From the NCBI GenBank assembly GCA_030390025.1, contig CM059431.1:121708001-121772000 (forward strand): a stretch of DNA of 64,000 nt. Direction: 5' to 3'. The stretch's first letter is position 1. Each line of letters begins with the position of its first letter. Both the position numbers and the translations under genes were made by a program. The DNA comes from Squalus acanthias (Eukaryota). Under the pieces are notes generated by a model. It did no database searches. It worked only from the letters and a program-made list of their open reading frames with translations, and was not told the DNA's origin. Shown one piece after another: positions 1-14,045 of this stretch.

Positions 1-1790
1 GCATAGTCCTACCTCAGCCAGCCGGCGTAGTACTTCCTGCAGCCGCTCATCATGGGCTTCCTGTGTCTTGCCTGTAATTAGTATGTCATCCAGGTAAGGC
101 TGAACTCCCGGAACACCAGCCAACAGGGTGTCCATGAACCTCTGAAAGATTGCCACAGCCGTCGACACCCCAAACTGCAGCCTTGCGGCTCGGAAAAGTC
201 CTCTGTGGGTGTTGATTGTCAATAGCTCGGCTGACTTTTCATCCAGGACCAGTTGCTGGTATGCTTGCTTGAGATCCAGCTTGGTGAACAGGGTGCCTCC
301 AGCCAGTGTTGAAAACAGCTCTGTAACTGTTGGTAAGGGATACACATCTGGTAGCACAGCAGTATTAACCGTACATCTGTAATCTCCACAGATTCGCAGG
401 CCCCCATCCTTCTTTGCAATGGGCACGATAGGGGTGGCCCAACGGGAGCTCTTCACTGGTATAAGAACCCCTTGGTTCACCAGCTTATCCAGGGTCTCAT
501 CCACCTTCTTGCGCAACGCAAAAGGAACTGGTCGCGCCTTGAAGAACTTAGGCGCTACCCCTGGGTCCACTTCGATTGAGACTGGCGGTCCCCGACAGGC
601 CCCGAGCTCACCAAAAACCTCTTCATAGTTCTCCAACATAGGCATTATGGGCTGTCGCTGTACCGTGTGTACTCCTGTCACTCCAATACCAAGGGGCTCA
701 AACCAATCTCTGCCCAGCAGGCTTGTGCCCTGCCCCGCCACCACATAAAGCGGAAGTGTGTCCTTGACTGCCCGATACTTAACTTGCACATGAATCATAC
801 CCAGCACTTGGAGTTGGGCTTGGGACCACTGCCGTAGCACGCCACTGACCTGAGCCATCACCGGGGGTTCACTTGGCCACAGCCTATTGTAAGTCTCTTC
901 ACTTATCAACGAACACGCTGAGCCTGAATCCACCTCCATGCCGAGTGGTGCCCCATTCACGATCACATTTGCTGTGTATCCCCACCGTCTGTGGTGTCGC
1001 TGCTCAGCTTCCGTGGTATACACTGTATACTCATCGTTGTCCTCCCGTGTCAGGGTGTGTGTCTGTGATGCTTGTGTTGGCTCTGCTGCAGCAGCCTGAG
1101 CTTTCTTCATGCAGACACGAGCTATGTGTCCTCTTTTCTTACAGAAATGACATACCGCTGCCACAAATTTGCATGTAGTGGCACCATGGAGAGCCCCACA
1201 GCGGAAACATTTTCTTCCTGTCTGTTTAGTTGCCTCCCTGTCACTCGCAGCATCAGCTGCGTGTGTGGTCTTGTGCACACCCTCGGCGGCCCGAGGTGGC
1301 GCTGCTTCTATACGTAGCATACCTGTGTTCATCGACGCAGCCTCTGCTGCTAAAGCCTTCTCCTCGGCCAGTCGGAACGTCAGGGCCTTGTCCGCTAACA
1401 GCTGTTTCTGCAATGCCGAGTCCAGCACTCCACACACAATCCGATCACGGTGCATATTGTCTAAATGGTCACCAAAATTACAATGTACCGAGCGTTTCCT
1501 CAACTCAGCAATGTACCTTGAAATAGATTGTCCAGGCTGTTGTTTACAATTGTGAAAATGGAAACGCTGCACAATTTCTGAGGGTTTTGGGTTGAAATGT
1601 TGCTGCAGTATTTCTATCAAGTCCCTTTAAGATCCACGTGGTCAGAGTTACAATAGCTAAACTCACGTTAGTTGCCTGGATGTTATTAGCTGGGTGGCCC
1701 GCTCGTCGCAATATCCAATATCAGATTCGTAGGTTCGCGTCTATCTCCGTCCTTCTAGAGAGTCCGACAACCGCCTCGTCGCCAGTTTTA
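1..1790 (-). mobile_element. Degraded Ty3/Gypsy LTR retrotransposon, 5' part (gag-protease-RT), running off the window start
   Basis: Manual minus-strand translation gives RT 'TINTHRGLFR..RLQFGVSTAVAIFQRFMDTLLAGVPGVQPYLDDILI' (1-220), protease 'MEVDSGS' (~920-940) and knuckles 'CFRCGALH..C / CHFCKKRGHIARVC' (~1110-1215). PBS-like TGGCGACGAG at 1784-1775. Stops and frameshifts present. Confidence 0.9.
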
Positions 1791-2839
1791 CATCTTGACC
1801 TAACATTCATTAGTCAAGGAGACAGGATGTCTTTTTACTATTTATTAAAACACTGTAATAGGACATTACATTAAGAACTGTAACAGACAGCCAAACTTCT
1901 CTCCCTGAGGTAGGGGATCCAACTTGCCTGAACTTGCCCCTCAGGCTCCAGCCCCTCCCTCTCTGTATGGCCGGGGGACTGGGTCAAAAGCAATCTCAAA
2001 ACACAACAACCACCTCCTTCTCTGGCCAACTGGGGATGGGCGATAAATACCAGCGATGCTAACAACCCAATAATGAATAAAAAATAGAGGCAGAAGTAAA
2101 TTGACCAGATGCAAACTTAACCATTTGCTGAAGACTAAAGATTCAAAGTGAACAATAGATACAATACATTTTATTTCAAGATTATTTCAGTAACTCTTCA
2201 AAAATCCTCAACATTAGTGGATTCTTTCAGGTCATTTTTGCTTCCAGATCTGTGATTTCTTTTAGACTGTGAGCTACTGGCATCCATAAAATATTTGATA
2301 CCATCTTCTTGGGCAGGTAAAGGTCATTCCCAATTGGTCAGAAGTGACATAATGATTTATAATACACATATAGACAACACAGTAAAGATAGTGGAATAAA
2401 AAGCCTGAAGTCACCTTGCTTCCAATGAAGCTTTATCATTGTTGAAAAATTATGGCTTTGGGCTGCTGCTGTACTGATTTCAGCTTTAAAGAATATGGAT
2501 GATATCTGATGCATTTTATATCCTGGATTTAGGCCTTTCATCATGTTCTACAGGCTGATGTTAACAGTATAATCCAGTAAAGCCTTTAAGCATGGGTTGG
2601 CAAACAGCTTACGATGCAAATCCACAGAATTTTGCAATGACAGAATTCTGTATAGGTATTCCATACTAACTATGAAATATTCATCTTGGGTACAGGTATC
2701 TGACTAACCTGTAAAACATGGAATAAAGTAACAAGTTCATTCAGCTGAGGGGCTCCTTTGGGGAGAGTTATCCTTATGTTATGCTTAGAACTAAAATTGA
2801 TGTTAGCCTAAAGCTCTGTCCAGAATTGTTTAAAGATAA

Positions 2840-3285
2840 AGTACAAACTTGCATTTATATAGTGCGTTTCACCATTTGAAAAGCACTTTGCAGCCAATGA
2901 ATTGCTTTTGCAGTGTTGTTACTGTTATTAAGTCAGCAAATATGGCAACCAATTTCTGAACAACAAGCCTCCCGCCTCCAATTCAGGCAATTTAAGTGGC
3001 AATCAGCCCCTTAACGATCCTCTGGGTGGCACGCTTCAATTCCTGTATCAAGATGGGCTAACTGCGGACGATTCAGCTCAAGACCCTATCTTGGCCACTT
3101 CGGAGGCTCTTTAGTGCCTAAAGTATCTGTCGAAAATCCCCCCAGTAACTCTGTCAATGTAGCACTCCCTCATGTACTGCAGTGAACAGTCAGTCTGCAC
3201 TATGAGCTCAAGTTCTAGCAGGGGACTTTGAACCCACAACCGTCTGACTCAGAGGTGAGAGAATGACCACTGAGTCAAGCTGACA
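2840..3285 (-). mobile_element. Degraded tRNA-derived Deu-domain SINE (SacSINE1-like) with an internal insertion
   Basis: Reverse complement carries a tRNA-like head (ctcagtgg...tctgagtcaga..ggttgtgggttcaaagtcc) and the tail 'cactatataaatgcaag', matching the other SINE copies. Confidence 0.7.
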
Positions 3286-3395
3286 TGACTAGAATGCATG
3301 CAGGTGTGAGCCTTTCTGATTGCAGCCCCTCCAGCAGTCAACCTGCTCTGTCGATTGCCTTGAAGGTAAACATGATGTATACGGTGAAGGTGTAT

Positions 3396-5044
3396 TGTAG
3401 AATTCGCAAAATTATCGCGATTTTATAAAATAAGAAGGAGACATAAAGTTTCGTACAAACAGCTTTATTTCAGCAGAATGCTGTCAGGTTTCAAAACGGA
3501 CACAAACAGCCTGTAAAATGGCCACCACGCCTCGTGGCAGAAAGTTCTAGACTTTCAGTGGGCAGACAAGATGGCGTTCCAATAAACATTTGTGCAAGAT
3601 CGTACAGGACTAAGCACATTTGAGATAATTGACAAGACATGATGGGTTTGCATTTTAAACATAAATACTGGAATCGGTCTCCCGGGTGCAAATAAGGGCT
3701 ATTGCACTGAGCGATCAAGGACCCATCCAAAGACATTAATATGCAAAATCCCCACGACTCTACGATGAGAGAGCCGTTTGCGGGTACTTACAGTAAGCAT
3801 TTGGAAGCCCCAAAACCCCTCCAGGGAGACTACTAGCCGGTTCCACAATGGGAGAAATATTAACGGGTACTCAGACAGTCACAAGTATCACCGAAACCCA
3901 TTAAAGTCTGAGATCACCCCATACAAGAAGTTTGAGCGCCAAAACCCTGACAAAAGATAGACATTAAGATTGGGCGGGAAAAGAGGAATTACAGCACTAT
4001 AACTGTAAGGTACAACCGTCCATCTCTCTCTTGCTGCTCTTGCTGTTTTGACTCGCTGGAAGGCTGCTGAACTTTTATTCTCTTGCCTGACGGCTCTGGA
4101 CTCTGATCCGCTAGGATCAACCTCGTGGCTTGCCGCGAAGATCTGTGAACAACTGGGCTGCGAGGCCTGGAAGCGGGCGCACCATCCCAAGAAGTCGGTA
4201 AACGGTGTTGGAACCGAAGGCCCGAGAGGAGATGAGATGAGATGAGATGAGATGAGAAGAGAAGAAGACGACAATACGCATCGCCACGGTCAGTAAGCCC
4301 CGACTGCGCCTGTAAGTCGAATAAACACTTCTTTGAATTTTATCGGCTACTCCACAACTGGCCTAGGAAGACCCTTCTTTGAGTTCTACAGACAGCTGGT
4401 GTAGGGCACAGGAAGACTCTTTTTCGAGTGGTGTCCGAACTCCGAGGGCAACACAGATCTTCATGACAGCAGACGGTCCAGCCTGCTAGCCGGAGCAGAA
4501 ACGAGTAAACAAGTGGGGTACAGAGACTCCTGATCAACACGTGGATAGTCAGGTGCTGCGGTAAAAACATCCGAGCAGAGTTTCGGAATTCTCCGAGTTA
4601 TCACGAGTGGTGAGCATGAGTCTCGATCCTACAAATCTAGATTAGGACAGGTATTGATAGGGGAGCGTTTAAGTTTTAAGGATAATTATAATGTGTGTCC
4701 CCTTTTACGATGTGTCATGCGCTCCTCGTTTCCCTAAAATTAGTTTCATAACTGTGTGTAAGATTGTACTGTCGTTAATCTGTGCTTATGACATGTATCT
4801 CGTAATCTTGAATAATATGCAATAAAGATTTTCCATTTCGCACTATTCAACCGGGTCTACCTGAGTCTTTCTCTGCATTATTGCTCTCGCACCTAAGTCC
4901 AGTGTCAGAACCGTAAGGGCGAGTGGGTCGAACCACTCACAGGTGTCTAGTGTTATCAGGCTGGCTGGAGACCAGAACAGGCAACAAGGCCTAACCCCGC
5001 ACTAGCACCCAGGCTAAGCACAGAGCCGCAGGTCACCCCTTACA
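3396..5044 (+). mobile_element. Solo LTR, family A (~1.65 kb)
   Basis: TGTAG...CCCCTTACA termini; 4-bp TSD GTAT (3392-3395/5045-5048); AATAAA near 4820; highly similar inverted copy at 18685-20323. Confidence 0.93.
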
Positions 5045-6495
5045 GTATACACAGTTATCTTTAAAGGAGTGAATACATGGGGAATAAATTTCCATGGGGT
5101 TTTTCCCAATCTGAGGAAATCCCAAAGATCTGAGTTAAATCGCATTCATGCCATTTCTCCGGTGCTTCGCGGATCTTTCCCCATAGTTACGGTAGATGAT
5201 CAGGATAGCCCCCCGCAGAAATTCAACCCCATAATCCTGAAGGAGATTAGCTCATATTGTTGTTTATGGTGTGTCATGGAAGCAGTGCTCAATTTGGAGG
5301 TACCGGTATAAGTTATGCTGAATGAAGCAGAATTTATCAGTTAACTGTTGGAAAGGCATCATTTGACTCTTGTGGAGGTGTTGATCCAGTCTGATGATAC
5401 CCTTGTTTTACTAGACTCTGAATCTGCTCATCAACCACAACTGGACTTGCAATTGATGGGGGCCGGCCACATGCATAATCATAGAATCATAGAAATATTC
5501 GGCACAAAAGGAGGCCATTTGGCCCATCGTGTGTGTAAACGTTCTCACTGGAAAGTGAGCCACCACTCCCGCAAAAACATACAGGCTACCACAACTCTCA
5601 CTCCTGGATGCAAGATTTTCCATACTTTGGCTATGATGCAGCACCCAGAATAATAGTGCCCAATCTATGTATCAAAGTATGTTAAAAAGGCCCTGAAATT
5701 ACTCAGCCATTCCAACAGACCCAGTGGGAGTCCAGTGGAACAGCCGCAAACACCTCAGGGATCGGGAAAGCCTGGCCCCAGATCGCCATCAGAGTTTCCA
5801 GCGGTCTTGTCTGAGAGAACTGCCTCCATCCACACCACACAAGGCCACTAACGGAGAGGGGGCGGGGGTGACAACAGGGACTCCCTACACCGGGGGGCCC
5901 CACTTCTTTGGCCTCAAAGAGACACGTCATAAGTTCGGAGGCTGGTAGGCCAAATTGGATAAGGCGAACCGACCTCCTGAAGGGCACGAGAGGGCCACTC
6001 CAGGGAGGTGGTCTGAACTCCTGAAGACTGTCTGGGTTTAAAAAATATTTTGGGGCCCAACTTCCATGTTTGTTTCATGGGTGGAGGGAGTGGTTTGGGC
6101 AGGGGTGCCTGATTTCTTGGCAGTTACTTCTTCCCATTGGAGAAGAAGATTAAAAAGGGAGAAGTTCCACGGCTTTAAATGCAGAAGCCTCGATATCTGG
6201 TATCACCTGAAAACGGGCCCGGTGATCCGATGTGATAGCAACCTGCACCCATTCGGAGGACTACAGGCAGCACATAAAATTTGTGCTGCCTGCTAATTAA
6301 CATGATGGCAGCATCAGCCGAGCACTGAACACGCTGCTTGAGTGGCTGAACACTCAGCAGGGGGCCCAAGTTCATGCAATTAAAGCTAGCCTGCACTACT
6401 TAAAGGCAGTCTGCACCTCTTAAAGGGGAGGTGCCTTCTGCCTGCAATAAGTGATTGAAGTGGCTGGGAGGACATTGGAGAAGAAAGTTCTAATG

Positions 6496-8844
6496 ATGGC
6501 ACAACAGGGGAGAAAACGTGCACCTAAGTTCTCCGATGCAGAACTGGAGGCCTTGGTCCACGAGGTCAACTCCAGAAGAGAGGTCCTCTTTCCACAGGGA
6601 GCCAGGAGGCTCAGTTGGTAGCACGATTAGTGTCAGCCAGTGGCTCAGTTGGTAGCCCCCTCACCTCTGAGTCAGAAGGTTTAGGGTTCAAGTCCCACAC
6701 CAGAGACTTGAGTACAAAAATCTAGGATTATATTCCAGTGCAGTACTGAGGGATTGTCTGTCATTTGGATGAGATGATAAACCGAAGCCCCGTCTGCCCT
6801 CTCAGGTGGATGTAAAAGATCCCATGACACTATTTTGAAGAAGAGCAGGGGAGTTATCCCCAGTGCCCTGGCCAATATTTATCCCTCAATCAACATAACA
6901 AAACAACAGATTAACTGGTCATTATCACATTGCTGTTTGTGGGAGCTTGCTGTGCGCAAATTGGCTGCCGCATTTCCTACATTCCATCAGTGACTACACT
7001 TCAAAAAGTACTTAATTAGCTGTAAATCACTTTGGGACATCTGATGGTCGTGAAAGGCGCTATATAAATGCAAGTCTTTCTTTCCAGGCAACAGACAAGA
7101 CTGCAGTGGGAGCAGATAGCCGATGTGGTCAATGCCAGCAGTATAGCCAGTGGACCTGGACTCAGTGCAGGAAGAAGTTTAATGACCTCACTCAAGTGGT
7201 CAAGGTGAGTGAATTCATCTTCAAGTGTCATATTCCACCATCTACACCACTAGCCTCACAAACTGCGCAATGCACCACACCCACATCACTAACCTACCAA
7301 CAATCTCTACCAAACGCAACTCACACCTCACATTCATAACTTCACCTCACCCATACACGCTTACCACTGCTGCAAACCTCACACACACATCTCACAGCTT
7401 GAACACACTGTCAGCTATTTAACCATGACAGGCACTTCACTCAAACACATTGCACCACACTCACTGACACACTCCCCTTTCTCTTGCAGGAAATGGTGGC
7501 GCATAACTGCAGGCAGCAGACCTTAACCGGTGGGGGACAGGGTCGCCTGCATCAACTCACCCCCTTGGAGGAGACGGTGCTGGCCATTCTTGCCAGGGGC
7601 ATGGCTGAGCCCGTGGCCAGCCGATGGGGCACAAAGAATACAAGATGCCTGAATTGTCTTAAATTATCCTCCTTCTCACTTCCCACTTCCCCCTCATCCT
7701 ATAATTTATTCTGATTTACAATCCGCCCGTGGTGTAAACATGCACCTCTGTCTCCAACCCACCCCCCCCCCACCCCTCACCACAACCCTACCCTAGTGCC
7801 TTTCTCATTTCAGACACCCAAGAAATCCAGCCTGCCCAGCCAATGGTTCAACATGAAGAGGAAGAGGAGAGTGAAGAAGAAGACAAAACACTGTCACTCG
7901 ATTTCACACTGCGTACTTTAGAGGATAGGTTAGACATGGGATGTGCACGTAGTGAGTCACCGAACATGAGTGGGCTGCAGCCAGGGCAGGGGGAAAGGGT
8001 AGCTCAGGTGCCAACTCCCCAGAGGGCGAGGTCGCACATGAGTTCTGCTGCACAGGACTCAGATGAAGACCTCGATGGGGTGGCCTACAGAAGAACGCTG
8101 TTGGGTATGCACAATGAAATTCTTGGTGCATTGGCAGGCCTGCCAGAAAGTCTGAATGCAATGTCAAGGAGCATGGAAGAGTCCAGCTCCAGCCTTGCAC
8201 AGGGCAGAGCTTGGAGCCCAACCTTTCCAGCATGGAAGGGCTGGACAGATCCATTACGTACTTGTGGACTCAACTATCATGCCACGTCTGATGGCCGAAG
8301 TCTCAGCTTACATTGCAGCACAAGCAGAAGCCACCGAACGTCTGAGTGCTACAATGGAAGCTCAGGCTGAAGTCATGCAAGCACAGACTGATGCCATCAT
8401 GGCTGGGTTTACCAGTGTGGAAAGGGGCTTGTAGGGTGTCACAGCAGTCCAGCAGTCTGTACTCCATCAGATTACTGGGATTGCTGAGGCGCTGCCCCAG
8501 GGGGGAGTGGCAATGGATCCATGGAGGCCGACCCTGCTGTCCTCTCTCATGATGACAGCATTTGTACTCCCACCACTGCCGCTCCGCCAGTGCCCTTGGT
8601 GTTGCCTGTCAGCCAGCCCAGACTGCTGCTGCTCCTGCCGAGGTGGTACACTCTGCAGCTGGGCCTACTTAGCCTAGAGTTTCTTGAGGTCGTCCTGCAA
8701 GTTCATCTGCAGTCTCCCCCACTGAAAGTCAGCAGCCTTCCACCAGCCATGCTGCAGACACAAGGGGTTGCACTGGGTAGGAGCACTAGGATAGGCAAAG
8801 GCACACGCAAGACAGTCACTAAGGGAATGCACAAGGGTGATTAG
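6496..8844 (+). pseudogene. Harbinger Myb/SANT-like DNA-binding protein gene, 3 exons, disrupted
   Basis: 'MAQQGRKRAPKFSDAELEALVHEVNSRREVLFP' then a SINE insertion, then 'WTQCRKKFNDLTQVVK|gtgagt' (donor after 7204). Acceptors before 7490 and 7814. Same architecture as 34216-32403. Confidence 0.85.
6610..7082 (+). mobile_element. Deu-domain tRNA SINE (SacSINE1-like) inserted in the Myb exon
   Basis: A box tggctcagttgg, B box ggttcaagtcc, Deu-type core 'ctcaggtggatgtaaaagatccca', L2-like tail 'aaggcgctatataaatgcaag'. Confidence 0.85.
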
Positions 8845-8984
8845 TTGATTTTGTGATGTAATATTGGATGGAATGTTTGCTTTGTGGTGGCTTTTATTTC
8901 AACATCGTGGCCTAGAGAACGCTATGATTCAGTAACAGAGTTAAGGTAAGGTGTGGGACTAATGTTGAATGGGGAATTGGGGCT

Positions 8985-10152
8985 GTAGTCACTCGTACCA
9001 CAAGCGGATGAGTCGCTCCCAGATATCCCAACAGAAAGGAATGTCTGGGTTGCCTCCTTTCTTCCACTTCCTCCTCCTCTTCTTCCTCCTCCCCTTCTTC
9101 CTCCTCCACTTCCTCCTCCTCTTCCTCCTCCTTCTCCTCCTCCTCCTGCTCCTGAGCTGGTGGCCATATCACTGGTGGCAAAGGCTGTGCCCTCATGATG
9201 GCCAGCTTGTGGAGGATACAGCAGACCACGATGAATCAGGACACATGCTCCGGTGAGTATTGTAGGGCTCCTCCAGAGCGGTCAAGGCATTGTAACCATT
9301 GCTTGAGCACTCCAGTGGTCTGCTCTATGATATTTTGTGTGGCACTCGTATGCATGTTGACCATGTGTGGTTGGGGTGCGGAGCGGAGTCATGAGCCAGG
9401 TTGTCAAGGGATAGCCTTGTCACCCAGTAACCACCCTCTGGTTTGTCGTGGTGGCTCAAAGACTAAGGGAACAGTGGATTGGCACTGAATAAAAGCATCA
9501 TGACTTCTGCTAGAATACTGGGCATTCACCATCTGCATATTCAGCGAGTGTTAACTTTTGCTGTTGCGGTACATCTCAGCATTTATACTGTACAGTGCCC
9601 GCAAAGCCACGTGTGGGCAGTCGCTTGCGCCATGCACATTGGGAAGTCCGCTATCCTGGCAAAGTCACATGCACGCTCCATCTGCTACTCTCTGTTCAGA
9701 GAGAAGACAATGAACTCCCCTCTCCTGGCATAAAGAGCATCTGTCACCTCTCTTATGCAGCAGTGGACGATGAACTGTGGGATGCTACAGATGTCGCCTG
9801 CTCCAGCCTGGAAGGATCCAGATGCGAAGAAATTCAGGGCCACAGTCACCTTCACAACCACTGGCAGCGCTGTCCTTGGCCGAGTGTGAGGCTGCAGGTC
9901 TGCTTGCAAGTGGTAGCAGAGTTCTGTGAGCATCTCCTTCGTAAAGCACAGACACCTCACACACTGCTCCTGGTTCAGGCTGAGGTAAGAAGATTGCTCT
10001 CGGAAGACCCTAGGTGGGTAAGGCCACCTGCTAAGAGCCCTTCTCCCCCTCTTCCTCCTCTTTCTGCGAGCAGCATGTCCTATTCTTTGCTGTCTCTGCT
10101 CCATCTCCCTGTCATGCTGCAGGCCAAGGGGGGTGACCACTAGAGCACCCAT
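8985..10152 (-). pseudogene. Harbinger (HARBI1-like) DDE transposase, disrupted
   Basis: ORF 9685-10164 'KVTVALNFFASGSFQAGAGD' is homologous to the 31215 ORF. Downstream WLLGDK-like and acidic poly-Glu tail segments are frameshifted. Confidence 0.88.
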
Positions 10153-10869
10153 AACTGGGAGCAAGTGGTCTGAGCAGAACCCTTGAAGTCAGAAGCAAGG
10201 CCTTCTCCACTTGCAGCACTACTCCCTGTCACCTCACCAACTTTAAATAACTGTAGAAAGGTCCAAAAATGTCCACAAACTTACACACAGCCAGTAGAGC
10301 CAGCAAGTTACCTGAAATTTGTTGATGATCCTATCAAATAGCGCTGGGGGAGGTCCTTCCTGCTGCTGAATGCATGTTCAGCTGTGCGAGGTTAAGATAG
10401 GGCATTAGCTCCAGCGATGACGCAGAAAATGGCTGCGCTGGCCTTAAATCGGCATTGGATACTGATTGACGTCACAATCTGCCTACTTAGCATACTTCTA
10501 GCGCACGCTCCTAATGGCCACCCTACCACCCTCACCAAGATGGTGTCCAGTGCAGCCCGCACCAGAAATGTGTGCGTGCTGCTCGGACGCCATTTTGGTC
10601 CCAATTCGGCACCCGTAGCGCCAAAACAACGGGCACTATGCCACCGAATTTCTAGGCCAGAATGTGGGTAATGCAATTGCATGCAGATTAAAAGAACTAT
10701 TGGCTTCAAGTACAAAACCAGTAAAATTCAAGCAAAAATGCAGATTGGAAGGTTTTTCCTCCACAGAATGATGGAAATGGGAAACAAGACTCCCAGGAAA
10801 AGCAGTTTATATTATGTTGACTAATATCTTAAAAAAACACAGCTTACTTTAGGAACACAACTGAAGATT

Positions 10870-11620
10870 ATAAAAATAGAGATAACTCGAGACGGTCAAT
10901 ACAGAGAGACCGAGGCTTCAAATACATACATTCCTGAAAGTGCAAGTTGAGGTAGATGAAGTCATAAAAAAGGCCAACAGCATTTTGGATTTTATAAATA
11001 GCAGCATAAACTACAAGAGGAATCAAAGTAATCATAAATTTATACAAGACTTTGATTAGGTTGTGTGCAGTTTTGGGCACTCCATTATGGAAGGGACAAT
11101 AGAGCCAGAGGGAGCATACATTTTAAATGCCTATTGGGGGCTGTTGTAAGGCGAAATACTGGGACTATTTCCACTGGAGCAGAGAAGGCTCAGAGGAAAT
11201 GTAACTGAGGATTTTACAATGATGAAGGTTTTTAATAGAGTATGTCAGGAAAGACAGTTTCTTCTGGTTGGGGAGTTAGTGACAAGCGATCACTGTGGAG
11301 CTGTGGAGGCTCAGTCGTTGAGTATATTCAAGACAGAGCTCGATAGATTTTTGAATATTAAGGGAATCAAGGGATATGGGGATAGTGCAGGAAAGTGGAG
11401 ATCAGGTAAAAGATCAGCCATGATCTTATTGAATGGCATAGCAGGCTCGAAGGGCCAAATTGCCTATTCCAGCTCCTATTTCTTATGTTCTTATGTTCTT
11501 ATGATCATCCATTTAAAATAATTGCTTAGTGAGAGAGGTTAGGATTTTTTTTTACTCAGAAGGCTTTAGGAATATGGAATGCTTTGTCACAGGAAGTAGT
11601 TGAAGCAGAGACGATTGCAT
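10870..11620 (+). mobile_element. Nested degraded CR1 LINE 3' fragments
   Basis: 'AVEAQSLSIFKTELDRFLNIKGIKGYG' and a (TTCTTATG)n tail at ~11480. Confidence 0.8.
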
Positions 11621-13114
11621 ATTTACAAAGTATTACAAGGTATTTACAGCACAGAAACAGACCCAATAGATCCATGCCAGTGTTTGTGTTCCGCATGAGC
11701 CTCCTCCCACCCTTCTTCATCTAACCCCATCAACATATCCTTCTATTCCTTTCACCCTTATGTACTTAATTAGCTTCCCCTTAAATGCAGTAAGTTTTAA
11801 GTTTTAAAACAGCCGATATTGGGTGAACCCCAACATTATACACACCTGATTCTCCTTTCCATTACAGTCAGTGAAAAGGAAAATGGGGTGGGTTATGTAA
11901 TGGGCAGTCCATCTGATATTGCCTGTTTTACACTATTGCTAAACGTTATAATTACCCCCGATATATATTTGAAGCAAATGAAGATATGGAGCATTGGAGC
12001 TGTGCAGTGGGATTAGTTTTGAAACATCCTAACAAAGTGCTGGTACAGATATATTGAACTGAATGGCCTTCTTCTGTGGTGTAAATCTCTGTGGTTCTAT
12101 GCTTCAAAAATATTTATAAAACATGCTGTTCCTGGGACTATGGGTATCATCTGTGAAATTCAAATGGACCAAGATGAATAGTGCAGGCTGCGAGGTTGGA
12201 TTAATAGCCTATGGTTTTAGCTCATTACCTGCAGGGCTCAGAGGGAAATTTCTTATAATTATGGCATTTCTTTTCTGTGAACAGTTGTCCTCAGGTGGTT
12301 TGGGGTTTTAGTTATGATAGAACAAATTTTGCATGCTCTGTGCAGAAAGTGGGCTTAATGACCATTTCTCACCCCATGCTCCCTTATGATGCTGCATCTT
12401 GTCTATCAAAACCTTTTCTTTGCTTTTGGTTAATGCCACAGCATTTTATTCTATAAACCAATGTTTTGATCTAAGGCTTAATATTTAGGCCCAGTAAACT
12501 GTAATCATCTCACAAAATGTTGCAGCATTTTAGACACAAACACTAAAACAGTGCACAAATTAACAATCCCTTTTCTTGTTCGTTCAATCAAAAGACCCAC
12601 TGTGAGATTTGTACCTGCAGCAGCCGATTATACACAAAATTATCTGGGTTGGAATTCTTAGTTGAAATGTGGCTGTGATTACAACAATTTGCCTAAAACA
12701 GGGATTTAAAAAGATATCAATTTAAATTACAAGAATAATTTGATACAAATGCGGATGAAATGGAAATTCAGTTGTTAATTACAACGTCACTAAACAAAAC
12801 AGATTTTTCTATTTTAAGCTTTCAACATAAATCAAATTTTGGGCACCAGTCAATTTGATCAGAATATTGTCTGGATGAACACACTACCCATCATCAATCT
12901 AAATTGTTCTTAACAGCTGAAGAAAAAACATTTTTAACACGTAAATAGTGTTTAAAATTAAAACGTACATGTGACTTACGCTGTGGTCATCTGAAATACA
13001 TATTAAATGGTGCAGCTTATTGAATAAAAATTCTAATTTCACCTTGTTGTTGCTCTTCCCAGAATTTTCTGCTTATTGTTAAATCTTATTTGTCTACCCA
13101 CCCCTAGCCCTTTC

Positions 13115-14045
13115 AGTGTTAGCCTTGGCTCAGTGGTAGCATTCTCAGGTCTGAGTCAGAAGGTTGTGGGTTCAAGCCCCACTCCAGAGACTTGAGCACA
13201 TAATCTGGGTTTGCACTCCCTTGCAATACTGAAGGAGTGCTGCACTGTTGCAGGTGCAGTCTTTTAGATTAGATATTAAACTGAGGTGCCATCTGCTCTC
13301 TCAGGTGGATGTAAAAGATCCCATGGCACTATTTGAAAAAGAATTGGGGAGTTGTCCTTGCCAACATTTATCCCTCATCACTAAAATAGATTATCTTGTC
13401 ATTTATCTCATTGCTGTTTGTAGAACCTTGCTGTGTACAATTTGGCTTCTCTGTTTTCCTACATTCTGGTCACCACACATTAGAAGGGATGTCAAGGCCT
13501 TGGAGAGGGTGCAGAAGAGATTTGCTAGAATGGTACCAGGGATGAGGGACTTTAGTTATGTGGAGAGACTGGAAAAGCTGGGGTTCTTCTCTTTAGAGCA
13601 GAGATGGTTCAGAGTAGGTTTGATAGAGGTGCTCCAAATCATGAATACTGTTGATAAAGTAATTAAAGAGAAATTGTTTCCAGTGGCAGAAGGGTCGGTA
13701 ACCAGATAACACAGATTTAAGGTGATTGGCAAAAGAACCAGAGGTAACATGAGGAAACTCAGCTCTGCCTGAAAGGGTGATGGAAGCAAGTTCAATCGTA
13801 ACATTCAAAAGTGCATTGGATATATACTTGAAGAGAAAATAATTGCAGGGATACAGGGAAAGAGCAGGGGAGTGGAATTAATTGGATAGCTCTACCAAAG
13901 AGCCGGCACAGGCACAATGGGCTGAATGGTCTCCTTCTGTGCTGTACACAGTGACTATTCTGCAAAAGTACTTCATCAGCTGTGAAGTGCTATGGGACAT
14001 CCTGAGGTCATGAAAAGCACTATATGAATCCAAGTTCTTTCTTAT
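13115..14045 (+). mobile_element. Deu-domain SINE interrupted by a CR1 3' fragment (~13460-13945)
   Basis: SINE head at 13126; CR1 'FWSPHIRRDVKALERVQKRFARMVPG' inside; SINE tail resumes at ~13950. Confidence 0.8.

Larger units (their letters stand above)
5689..10658. mobile_element. PIF/Harbinger DNA transposon (degraded), convergent Myb/SANT and transposase genes
   Basis: Imperfect TIRs GGCCCTGAAATT (5689) / AATTTCTAGGCC (10658) enclose both gene remnants. Left boundary is less certain. Confidence 0.75.

Noticed and set aside
2165..2710. Possible minus-strand terminal exon (ttttacag ... AATAAA)
   Set aside because: Only a few codons before stops and no linked upstream exon; needs transcript data.
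3778..4570. Short ORFs repeated at 19159-19940
   Set aside because: They recur only because the two solo LTRs are near-identical; no recognisable domain.
6640..6710. tRNA-like sequence with A and B boxes
   Set aside because: It is the head of a SINE, not a tRNA gene; the same holds at 13126 and 23010.
9050..9155. (TCC)n microsatellite and its odd ORFs
   Set aside because: It encodes the acidic tail of the Harbinger transposase on the minus strand, as at 31960-32000.
12970..13000. 11-nt micro-exon-like pattern (tttcag ATGACCACAGC gtaagt, minus strand)
   Set aside because: Weak polypyrimidine tract, not frame-preserving, expected by chance in 64 kb.
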